Source: a virus (lineage: Duplodnaviria > Caudoviricetes). Taken from it: 41,675 bases of DNA. Within the stretch, counting starts at the first letter, position 1. Every line of letters begins with the position of its first letter. The notes under the pieces are model-generated. The model was given only the letters and a program-made list of their open reading frames with translations, was not told the origin of the DNA and made no database searches. A program made the position numbers and the translations under genes. Below, one piece after another: positions 8,261 through 15,607 of the stretch. The stretch is from the IMG/VR virus record IMGVR_UViG_3300012982_000007, positions 1 to 41,675 of that record. One strand, 5' to 3'.

Positions 8261-8542
8261 ATGAACCAACTAACCCTAACTTACGACCCGTGTGCCAACA
8301 GGCACGGCGGAAACCCGCAGTCCATCGCCGCCCACGAGCGGGCCAGCGTCGGCAAGAGCGAGTCGCACCGGGCCATCCTGGCGTTGCTGCGAGTCGGCCC
8401 GCTGACGGCGAAGGAAGTTGCGGCGCGGCTTTATAAGCCTTTACACGCGCTGAGTGGCCGCCTGACAGAATTATCCGGCGCGGGCCTGATCGAGCGCACC
8501 GGCGAGGTTCGAGACGGGGCGGCGGAATGGAGGGTGCGATGA
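8261..8542 (+). CDS. winged-HTH protein
   Basis: ILALLRVGPLTAKEVAARL...LSGRLTELSGAGLIERTG. Confidence 0.75.
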   Translation: MNQLTLTYDPCANRHGGNPQSIAAHERASVGKSESHRAILALLRVGPLTAKEVAARLYKPLHALSGRLTELSGAGLIERTGEVRDGAAEWRVR

Positions 8543-8796
8543 GCTATTGCATGATTTGTGGTGGACAGGTTGGCGTCGTGAGTAGCTGCAAATGCGGCGA
8601 AGGCCCGCCGCCCATTACTTTCCAGTGGACGGTCACGGAGCCAATTGGTGAGCCATCCACGACCGCCGAGCGGCGAAAGTATGCGTTGTTGCAGGCGGCG
8701 GCGATTGTGAGCATTACTATCGCCGACACCTCGCGATCTGTTGCTGAAGCCTATGACCTGCTGGCCGAGATCGAGCGAAGGGAGGGTGCAAAGTAA
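8539..8796 (+). CDS. hypothetical protein with N-terminal Cys cluster
   Basis: CMICGG...CKC; ATGA coupling. Confidence 0.6.
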   Translation: MSYCMICGGQVGVVSSCKCGEGPPPITFQWTVTEPIGEPSTTAERRKYALLQAAAIVSITIADTSRSVAEAYDLLAEIERREGAK

Positions 8797-9122
8797 TGGA
8801 GGGTGAGATGAAATGTGAGAAGTGCGGGAATAATTTGAACGTGGAGTGGCAGCAAGCCTGTTACGCCGATGGGGAGCCAAGCCGCGAGTTGATAGAGGCG
8901 TTCGCCGCCAGGTGCCACCTATGCGGCAATCAAAACACCTGTCTAAATGGGTGGAACACTCACGATATTGTCCCGAATCTTAAAACCGGAAGAAAAAGAA
9001 TATTTCTTCTATTTAAGGCCGCCTCTGGGTCGATCCTACTTGGCGATGCCGCGGACGTATCCTGCTGTCTTGTGCCCGGTTGGTACTGGCGCGAGGTTGA
9101 TCTACCGGAGTTTAAGCTATGA
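8796..9122 (+). CDS. hypothetical zinc-binding protein (AT-richer)
   Basis: CEKC...CHLC; TAATG coupling. Confidence 0.6.
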   Translation: MEGEMKCEKCGNNLNVEWQQACYADGEPSRELIEAFAARCHLCGNQNTCLNGWNTHDIVPNLKTGRKRIFLLFKAASGSILLGDAADVSCCLVPGWYWREVDLPEFKL

Positions 9123-9346
9123 GCAAGGAAGCCCGACAAGTAATCGTTGGGTTTGCTTGGGAGCCGGAAAGCCACGATAAAGAGGCGAAGCAAATTACCG
9201 ACGGAGAGCTGAAACCGCACGGACGAAGGGCGTGGTCGTTTCATCTCGGCGGCGGCCCCTACATAGATTTGTCGGTGATGCCGCCGAGCGAGATCGAGCG
9301 AAGGGAGGGCGCAAGCCATGATCCAACTGTTCCCGCGCGGGCATGA
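9119..9346 (+). CDS. hypothetical protein (MSKEARQV...)
   Basis: ATGA coupling; shares its start with 6147..6317 and its EIERREGA segment with 8539..8796. Confidence 0.55.
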   Translation: MSKEARQVIVGFAWEPESHDKEAKQITDGELKPHGRRAWSFHLGGGPYIDLSVMPPSEIERREGASHDPTVPARA

Positions 9347-9539
9347 GCACCGCTGCCACCGCTGCAAGGAGTCGGTCGAGGTCCACTGCGGCTGCGACTG
9401 GCCACGTCAGCCTCTCCTGTGCCACGTCTGCTCCGATTGGGCGCTTGCGCCAATGACCACCATCCGCGCCTCGGCCTTCGACCAGCGCGTCACGTCCTAC
9501 GACCGGCAGATTGCAAAAGTTTGGGGGATCACGCTATGA
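9318..9539 (+). CDS. small Cys-rich protein
   Basis: HRCHRC...HCGC...LCHVC; GGAGG RBS. Confidence 0.6.
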   Translation: MIQLFPRGHEHRCHRCKESVEVHCGCDWPRQPLLCHVCSDWALAPMTTIRASAFDQRVTSYDRQIAKVWGITL

Positions 9540-9724
9540 CCGACCGCCTCCTGACCATCGCACAGGCCGCTGAACGCCTGGGCCTCAGTGCGGCCACGCT
9601 GCGCAAGTGGAGGGCCGAGCGGCGAGCCTTGACCTTCGTGAAGATGGGTGACGCCTTGCGCGTGGAGGAAGCCGAGCTGCGGCGGTTCATCCGAAAGCAC
9701 CGTGAGCGGCGCAGTGTGGCCTAA
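9536..9724 (+). CDS. xis: excisionase (HTH_17)
   Basis: LLTIAQAAERLGLSAATLRKW...FVKMG; directly beside attP and convergent with int. Confidence 0.8.
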   Translation: MTDRLLTIAQAAERLGLSAATLRKWRAERRALTFVKMGDALRVEEAELRRFIRKHRERRSVA

Positions 9725-9928
9725 ATTGTGGCCCCTACCTGATGCTATGTGGCGATACCAAGTGATACTAAGATGAGCAAAAACCCAATGAAACTGGTAG
9801 GCGCGGCTGGACTCGAACCAGCGACCCTCTGCTTAGAAGGCAGATGCCTAACGTTTATTGACGTTGGAAACACGGGGCTTAGCCTTGCCAATGCGGTCAT
9901 GTGGGCCGCCTGTGGCCCCGGCTGTGGC
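9715..9928. promoter_or_regulatory. putative integrase arm-type and Xis sites flanking the att core
   Basis: TGTGGC at 9715, 9727, 9748, 9911, 9923 (TGTGGG at 9900); GATAC(C/T)AAG at 9754 and 9764. Confidence 0.65.
9795..9847 (-). other. attP core: 3' 53 nt of tRNA-Arg(UCU)
   Basis: Minus strand GCATCTGCCTTCTAAGCAGAGGGTCGCTGGTTCGAGTCCAGCCGCGCCTACCA = anticodon arm (TCT), T-arm and CCA end; no D-arm or 5' acceptor strand; abuts the int stop codon. Confidence 0.92.
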
Positions 9929-10933
9929 CGCGCCCAAGAGATTTTCGAGGCGTGCCGCTGCCGCGTCGGTCGCGTCCTGGGACGGATGGACGTACCGCTG
10001 CGAGATCGTAATGGTCGAATGGCCGGCCAAGCGCATGAGGGTAAAGGCGTCTACGCCAGCCTCGCCCAGCCGCGACAGGTAGGTGTGGCGAAGCGAGTGC
10101 AGCACGAAGTCGGAGGGCAGCTTGAGCCGCTTGCGGATGCGCAAGTGAGCATGAGCGACCGAGGATGTGAGCGACTGGCCGAAGATCGGCCCACTCGACC
10201 GCGGCATGGCATCGAGCATGGCCCGGACCCGAGCGGTCAATGGAACGCCGCGCCTGGCGCTGGGAGTTTTTCCGGCGCAAACCTTGACGTAGCCGTGCCG
10301 TCCAGCGTCGAGGTCGAGGTCGGGCCAGCGGAGGGCGAGAGCCTCCCCGATGCGCAGGCCTGTGTCCACGATCAGAAGCGCGATCCGGGCAAGGTACTCG
10401 GGGCAAGCGGCGAGGTAGGCGGCTTCCTGATCCCTGCCGAGCACGAAGTCGCGGCGCCGTTCACCGCCAAGCAGGCCGATCTTGGGGGCCTTGGAGATCA
10501 GGCCCCATTCGGCCGCGATCCTGAGCTGGCGACGGAGAACCTGCAAGCAGCGGTTGGTTCCCGTGACGCCGGTTCTTTTCCTGCGCCACACGATGAAAGA
10601 CTCGATCATTGCGGCGTCGATCTGGTCGAGCCGAGCCCGCGCAAGCGGTGCAAACTCAAGCAGCTTGTTGGTTCTGTCGCGGTAGTAGGCCACGGTTCGC
10701 GGCTTGTCGCCGTTGCGAACTGCCACCATCGCCAAAAATCTTGTGACGTATTCGCTGTACACCGGCGGCGTCGCCCGCGCCGCAATGCCCACGTCGCCCT
10801 GCGCCAGCGCGACACGGTGCGCGGCCTCGATGTTGCGGGCCGCGACCTTGTTGCCGGTGCCGGTCGAGCGCCGTATGCGCTGGCCGCCGCGCTTGATCTG
10901 GTACCACCACACACCGCCACGCTTGTAGACCAT
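9848..10933 (-). CDS. int: tyrosine integrase
   Basis: MVYKRGGVWWY arm-binding N-terminus; TGLRIGE, HSLRHT, LAGHS, RYVH catalytic motifs; the ORF track extends further upstream but ATG 10933 is preferred. Confidence 0.95.
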   Translation of the reverse strand: MVYKRGGVWWYQIKRGGQRIRRSTGTGNKVAARNIEAAHRVALAQGDVGIAARATPPVYSEYVTRFLAMVAVRNGDKPRTVAYYRDRTNKLLEFAPLARARLDQIDAAMIESFIVWRRKRTGVTGTNRCLQVLRRQLRIAAEWGLISKAPKIGLLGGERRRDFVLGRDQEAAYLAACPEYLARIALLIVDTGLRIGEALALRWPDLDLDAGRHGYVKVCAGKTPSARRGVPLTARVRAMLDAMPRSSGPIFGQSLTSSVAHAHLRIRKRLKLPSDFVLHSLRHTYLSRLGEAGVDAFTLMRLAGHSTITISQRYVHPSQDATDAAAARLENLLGAATAGATGGPHDRIGKAKPRVSNVNKR

Positions 10934-10961
10934 TGCGGGGACTTTAGCACGGGAGGGCGGC

Positions 10962-11783
10962 GTGGTTAACCTGTCGCGCTGCGGCCGCACGGTTGGCGGC
11001 ATCCCCTGCTGCTCTGTGGTGAGCGGACATGCCGAGTCGATCCTCGCGAAGGTTCCGGATCGCTCGGTGGATATGATCTTCACCGACCCGCCTTATGGGC
11101 ACAACAACAACAACGGCGACCTGATCCACAACCGGGAAAGGGCGCTTGGTCGAGCCGCGAAGACTTCAAGTGTCGCGCGGCCAATCGCCAACGATTCGCC
11201 CGAGGAAACCGCGCGGCTTATCGAGTGGGCTTTCCCGCAGTTCGCTCGCGTTCTCGTGCCGGGTGGCTGCTGCTGCTGCTGCTGCGGCGGCGGCGGCGGA
11301 CCCGATCCGCAGTTCGCACGCTGGTCCTTGGCCCTTGACGCCGCAATCGGCCTCAAGCATGCGGTCGTGTGGGACAAGGGTGGTCTCGGGATGGGGTGGC
11401 ACTACCGCCGCAACTACGAGATGGTTCTGGTCGCAACCGATCCAAAGCGTAAGTGTCGATGGTATGGCGGGAACGACGTGCCCAACGTCCTGCGCGGCAT
11501 CGGCAAGATCATCCCGCAATCAAGCCACCATCCAACAGAAAAGCCGTGGGAGCTTGCCGCGTGGTTCATCCGCCTACACGCCAAGCCGGGCGACTTGGTG
11601 CTTGACCCGTTTTGTGGCTCGGGCTCGACCCTTGAAGCCGCTCACCGCCTCGGCTGCCACTGGATAGGCGTGGAGTGCTCCCTGGAATTTGCCGAGATGG
11701 CCGACCGGCGCATGACAGCCGCATCCGCGCAGATCTCGATGTTTAACGACGACGCGCCGGAACCCGTGGAGGCCACAGCATGA
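10962..11783 (+). CDS. DNA N4-C/N6-A methyltransferase (beta class)
   Basis: DPPY, HPTEKP and VLDPFCGSGST in beta-class order; GGAGG RBS before GTG. Confidence 0.93.
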   Translation: MVNLSRCGRTVGGIPCCSVVSGHAESILAKVPDRSVDMIFTDPPYGHNNNNGDLIHNRERALGRAAKTSSVARPIANDSPEETARLIEWAFPQFARVLVPGGCCCCCCGGGGGPDPQFARWSLALDAAIGLKHAVVWDKGGLGMGWHYRRNYEMVLVATDPKRKCRWYGGNDVPNVLRGIGKIIPQSSHHPTEKPWELAAWFIRLHAKPGDLVLDPFCGSGSTLEAAHRLGCHWIGVECSLEFAEMADRRMTAASAQISMFNDDAPEPVEATA

Positions 11784-12151
11784 AGCCAGCCCCCATGCCG
11801 CCGGTCAAGATCGTCGTTCCGCTGCTCCCGCCGTCAGTGAACCACTATAAGAAGCCGAGAGCGAACGGGCGCGGGTACTACGTCACGCCGGAGGCGACGG
11901 CATTTCAGACCGCCCTCGCCCTGATCGCAGGCCGCAAGAGCATTACCGCCGCATCGTACGCCGTCACCATCTCGCTGACCCAAGGGCCACGGCAGCGCGG
12001 CGACCTCGACAACTACAGCAAGGTCGTACTCGACTCGCTGGTCAAGGCCGGCGTGATCGATACCGACGCCAAAGTTACCGAGCTGCACATGTCGAAGCAG
12101 CGCGGCAAGGAATCGCAGACCGAGATTACGGTGACGGAGGTAGTGGCATGA
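11780..12151 (+). CDS. rusA: RusA-family Holliday junction resolvase
   Basis: PPSVNHY...DLDNYSKVVLDSLVKAGVIDTDAKV. Confidence 0.9.
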   Translation: MKPAPMPPVKIVVPLLPPSVNHYKKPRANGRGYYVTPEATAFQTALALIAGRKSITAASYAVTISLTQGPRQRGDLDNYSKVVLDSLVKAGVIDTDAKVTELHMSKQRGKESQTEITVTEVVA

Positions 12152-12390
12152 CCAGCGAACTGCCGGCCCTACTGCGCGCAGCGGCCGCTCGAATCGAGGA
12201 ATTGGAAGGCGAGCACGCCAAGCGGAGGACGGCGCTAGCAGCACGGGCACGCGAGCTGTGCGACGATCCCGAAGTGTGGGAGATGCGCAACTACGCCCGC
12301 CACGTCAGGGCCAGGCACGGGGTCATGCGGCAGCTTCGCGCCGAGGGCAACGGTTTCGTGGAAACGTGGAGCAACAACAGAAGCGCGTAG
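12148..12390 (+). CDS. hypothetical protein
   Basis: ATGA coupling, GGAGG RBS. Confidence 0.55.
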   Translation: MTSELPALLRAAAARIEELEGEHAKRRTALAARARELCDDPEVWEMRNYARHVRARHGVMRQLRAEGNGFVETWSNNRSA

Positions 12391-12728
12391 CGTTGGGTGC
12401 GGTCGCGGCCGGCGACAAGGTTAGAGCCAAGGTGAAGGGGCGGACTTTCCTTCTGAGCGGCGAAGAGGCCAGCTTTTTGTCGTGGAGGCTAGCGACGGCC
12501 GAGTTTAATCTGCGCAATGCCGGTAAAGCCATGATCCTGCATCGCGGCATCCTGCATCGTGCCCCGTGGTGGCGGAGGCTGGGAGCGTGGACGTGGAGGG
12601 CAGAGTGCGTGTGCGGGTGGAAAACCAGCTGGATGGCCAACTATGAGGCGACCGATCTAGCCGAAATTCACCGGGTCAACCACAGCGTGCTTGGCGGTCG
12701 GTGGTGGCCGGAGCGATCCGGGCACTAG
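12258..12728 (+). CDS. hypothetical protein (start uncertain)
   Basis: WRAECVCGW...AEIH motif in the 3' half; converges on the leftward operon. Confidence 0.4.
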   Translation: MRRSRSVGDAQLRPPRQGQARGHAAASRRGQRFRGNVEQQQKRVALGAVAAGDKVRAKVKGRTFLLSGEEASFLSWRLATAEFNLRNAGKAMILHRGILHRAPWWRRLGAWTWRAECVCGWKTSWMANYEATDLAEIHRVNHSVLGGRWWPERSGH

Positions 12729-12994
12729 CCGCCGCACTCGTCGCACAGCAGCAGGTCGGTTTTGCGCCGCTTATTGAACGCGCCCAACGGCCGCTTGCAC
12801 CACTCGCACTGCTGCTGCTTCGGCGCCCTGACCCGCGACTTCTGGGCCACGCTGATCGTCGGGTACTGGATCGGCTTGTCCCAGTACCCGTTGCCGCACT
12901 TCGGGCACTGCTTCGGCTTGCGCAGCCCGCGCCGGGGCCAGACGTGACCGCAGCGCAGGCAGGACAGGCCGGGGAAGGTGGCGTTGGGGCTCAT
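12725..12994 (-). CDS. double zinc-ribbon protein
   Basis: CLRCGHVW...PKQCPKCGNGYW and CEWC...LLLCDEC. Confidence 0.7.
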   Translation of the reverse strand: MSPNATFPGLSCLRCGHVWPRRGLRKPKQCPKCGNGYWDKPIQYPTISVAQKSRVRAPKQQQCEWCKRPLGAFNKRRKTDLLLCDECGG

Positions 12995-13179
12995 TCCGTT
13001 CTGCCTTCCGGGTGGCTTTGGCCCCCGTCCCGTCGAGCGGACAATCGTCCCAATCTCACCGCCAAGCACTCATCGCACAGCAGCAGGTCGTCCTTGGCCC
13101 GCATGAGCGCGGCGCAGTCCGCGCAGATGCTCATTTTCTTGCCGATCGGGCTGCTATAGGTGACTACCATCTTGTTCAT
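12991..13179 (-). CDS. small zinc-binding protein
   Basis: GGAGG RBS; ICADC...LLLCDEC. Confidence 0.6.
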   Translation of the reverse strand: MNKMVVTYSSPIGKKMSICADCAALMRAKDDLLLCDECLAVRLGRLSARRDGGQSHPEGRTE

Positions 13180-13204
13180 TGCTCGCCCCCTCCCGAGGGC
13201 TCCA

Positions 13205-13555
13205 TCTGCCGGTGACCGACCGGCGACGGGGCTAGCCAACTAGCCTTGAGAATCCTACGCCCTGCGCACAGTCTGCGCAGTGGCAAGGCTTTATGTAGCG
13301 CAGTTGCTCCGCGACTTCCGCGACGGTGGCCGCGCCCGCAAGGTGCAGCCCCTCGGACTCCACGCACCACCCGGTACCGATGCGTATCCAGTGCACCGTC
13401 ACGTTGTCGTCGCGACGACAACCATCGCCGGGGTGCTCGAAGAAATATTCGGCCAGTCGCCTGTCGGCGGCTACCAGCTTTTGCAGTTTTTTGCTGTACC
13501 TGACCATTGCCGCTCCTCCACGGTCTGCCGGTAACCGACCGGCGGCGGAGCTAGC
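13205..13555. repeat. 32-bp imperfect direct repeats (13205-13236, 13524-13555) with internal hairpin
   Basis: TCTGCCGGT(G/A)ACCGACCGGCG(A/G)CGG(G/A)GCTAGC, 29/32 identical; GCCGGT-N5-ACCGGC inverted repeat. Confidence 0.9.
13232..13507 (-). CDS. hypothetical protein with C-terminal CHCADC
   Basis: GGAGGAG RBS before ATG 13507. Confidence 0.7.
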   Translation of the reverse strand: MVRYSKKLQKLVAADRRLAEYFFEHPGDGCRRDDNVTVHWIRIGTGWCVESEGLHLAGAATVAEVAEQLRYIKPCHCADCAQGVGFSRLVG

Positions 13556-13865
13556 GTGCGTCCTCGTCGGACTCCTCGCTGACCCTGGGCTGTACGGCCG
13601 CCCAAGCGTCCAAGCGTGCCACCAGCGCGATCTCGCGCGGTGTGTAATCTCCAGCCAGCGTGCCGTTTGCGCGCCGCCGACCAAAGGCGGCAAGCTCGGC
13701 CCGCGCCTCAGCGATGCAGGCATCGAGCGACAGCATTCTCCCCGTGCCCCAGCACTCGGGGCAACCTTCGTGGTCTCGCTCGGCCTCCCACGCTGCGAGG
13801 ATTTGTTGCCCCTCCTCCAAGGTGTCCACCCCATAAATCGTGCCGTCTGGTGTCTTGACGTTCAT
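13551..13865 (-). CDS. hypothetical protein with CxxCxGxG motif
   Basis: AAAGGAG RBS; CPECWGTG. Confidence 0.7.
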   Translation of the reverse strand: MNVKTPDGTIYGVDTLEEGQQILAAWEAERDHEGCPECWGTGRMLSLDACIAEARAELAAFGRRRANGTLAGDYTPREIALVARLDAWAAVQPRVSEESDEDAR

Positions 13866-13897
13866 TGCCTTCTCCTTTGCTTCTCTGACCTACCCCA

Positions 13898-13927
13898 ACT
13901 ATACTCCCGCCGCCAGAATACTGTCAA
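13898..13927 (-). promoter_or_regulatory. strong sigma70-type leftward promoter
   Basis: TTGACA-18nt-TATAGT on the minus strand, ~30 nt upstream of the 13865 start. Confidence 0.8.
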
Positions 13928-14159
13928 GGAAAATCTGCAACTCTATTTGCCGTGGAATCAACGGGTTGCAAAATACTTTGGCCCAACCTTAAAAAAAGAC
14001 CTTGACCCAGACCCGAATAATAGGCGAAAAGCGGAAGTGCATCGGCTCGGTAGTAGGTTGACAGCCGACATCGCGGTCGCAAACGCGCGGCAGCGAAAGA
14101 GCGAAGCGGAATTTCGCGTAACCGCGATTGGCAGTATATACAGGTTGCGAGGCGGGAAA

Positions 14160-14306
14160 ATGAGCAAGCTATCGGCCGCGTTGAGGCAGATTCGGCGCAA
14201 CGCCGCGCGGGACGAATCGCTAAGCGACATTGAGCGGTTCGACGCCGAGCTGCGGCGGGCGTGGGGCAAGTACGCCATCCCGATGGCGCAGGTTGAAGAG
14301 CGCTGA
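14160..14306 (+). CDS. short hypothetical protein
   Basis: MSKLSAALRQIRRN...; 3' end of a long overlapping ORF. Confidence 0.4.
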   Translation: MSKLSAALRQIRRNAARDESLSDIERFDAELRRAWGKYAIPMAQVEER

Positions 14307-14435
14307 TGCGCCCCCAACCTATCGAGAGCACGTCGGCCCATAGTCCGGACCCTATCGTCCCGAGCCGCAATTATCGCTATTTCGCACGTTTAAGCTCATT
14401 AGGCGCGGTTATCGCTATCACTCCAAAAATAGTGC

Positions 14436-14464
14436 TTGCATCGCACCAGAAACATCTCTACAAG
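14436..14464 (+). promoter_or_regulatory. candidate late promoter
   Basis: TTGCAT-17nt-TACAAG upstream of the late gene cluster. Confidence 0.45.
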
Positions 14465-14551
14465 AGAATCTGATCGTTGTTGCCTCCTCCGCTGGGGCGG
14501 CTGACCACCGCCCCACGAATCGCGATCCCCGGCGAGTAACAGGGTGACCCA

Positions 14552-14579
14552 AGACGCTCAGGCGTCTCTTTCTGTTTTT
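14552..14579 (+). terminator. candidate intrinsic terminator in the late leader
   Basis: AGACGC-tcag-GCGTCT followed by CTTTCTGTTTTT. Confidence 0.55.
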
Positions 14580-14586
14580 GGCGCTT

Positions 14587-14874
14587 ATGCGAGTCTCCGT
14601 CTACTCGATTCAAGGCTATGTTTTGCGCCGGGTTAGCCGCGCCGACGCAGACCAATTGCTGGCGACCAAGCACGCTACCCGCGTGCTGGACGCCTCGCGC
14701 CGCGACGTCGGCGTGCGCCTCGTGGAGCTCGAGCGCGAGTCCGAAATCTCGCCGTGCGCAATCAACGCCGGCGACATGCAGCGTGCCGCGGAAGGCAACC
14801 GCCGCGCAATCTCGAAGATCCGGTGGTGGCCAACTGTCGGCCTCCCGCCATTCCGCCACGCGATGAGTGAGTGA
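14587..14874 (+). CDS. hypothetical protein
   Basis: ORF upstream of terminase. Confidence 0.5.
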   Translation: MRVSVYSIQGYVLRRVSRADADQLLATKHATRVLDASRRDVGVRLVELERESEISPCAINAGDMQRAAEGNRRAISKIRWWPTVGLPPFRHAMSE

Positions 14875-15077
14875 TGCGCATCCTGCCCTACTCGGCGCGA
14901 CAAATTGAGACCAGGGCCATGGCCGAAATGTGCGGCCACTGGTCAGAACGATTTGCCCGAGAGCAAGGCTTCGGGCCGGAACAAACACGCGACGGGGCAA
15001 CGCGAACATGCGAGTTGCCGCCTCTACGCCATGACCTGAGCAGCAATGCTCATGCCGCGAAAACGCAGCAGCGCTGA
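14871..15077 (+). CDS. hypothetical protein
   Basis: GTGA coupling. Confidence 0.35.
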   Translation: MMRILPYSARQIETRAMAEMCGHWSERFAREQGFGPEQTRDGATRTCELPPLRHDLSSNAHAAKTQQR

Positions 15078-15202
15078 GCTGAAAAGCAAACCAAGCGCCG
15101 GTCCAGTGACGTTCGAGAAGCCCCGCCGATGTCATAAAAACCGTGCTCACCTAAAAGGCGAAAACTGTTTTGGGAACACAACGCAAACCCGAAAAGCCAC
15201 GC

Positions 15203-15607
15203 ATGGGGCGCTCCAGTACCTACACGCCCCAAAAGGCCGCGGCCATCTGCGACGACATTGCGGACGGGAACTCGTTACGCTCCACGCTCAAAAAGCTCGG
15301 CATTTCAACGCGCACGTTCTTTGACTGGCTTTACGCGCACGAGGACCTTGCACAACGGTATGCGCGCGCGCGGGAATCGCAGGCAGAAGTCCTTACGGAC
15401 GAGCTAATTGCGCTGGCCGACCAAGCGACAGGCGAGAACTCGAACGCGCAGCGGCTGAAGGTAGATACGCGCAAGTGGATCGCATCGAAGATTCTGCCGC
15501 GCAAGTACGGCGACCGCGTCGGCCTGGAGCACTCGGGTCCAGACGGCGGACCAATAGAGGTTAGCGATGCCAGGGACAAGCTGCTCGGCAAGCTCGCTGG
15601 CCGATGA
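15203..15607 (+). CDS. terS: terminase small subunit (Sf6/P22-like)
   Basis: GRSSTYT...ICDDIADGNSLR...YARARESQAE...RLKVDTRKWIASKILPRKYGDR. Confidence 0.9.
   Translation: MGRSSTYTPQKAAAICDDIADGNSLRSTLKKLGISTRTFFDWLYAHEDLAQRYARARESQAEVLTDELIALADQATGENSNAQRLKVDTRKWIASKILPRKYGDRVGLEHSGPDGGPIEVSDARDKLLGKLAGR

Noticed and set aside
9795-9847. Functional tRNA-Arg gene
   Set aside because: Only the anticodon arm to CCA is present; the D-arm and 5' acceptor strand are replaced by the int 3' end, so this is attP.
9749-10969. 406-aa plus-strand ORF
   Set aside because: Antisense shadow of the integrase in GC-rich DNA; its N-terminus is just the translated tRNA complement.
13205-13555. Mini-CRISPR array
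   Set aside because: Only two repeats, separated by 287 bp containing a whole gene.
13326-14306. 326-aa plus-strand ORF
   Set aside because: Overlaps better-supported minus-strand genes and their promoter; only the last 48 codons are plausible.
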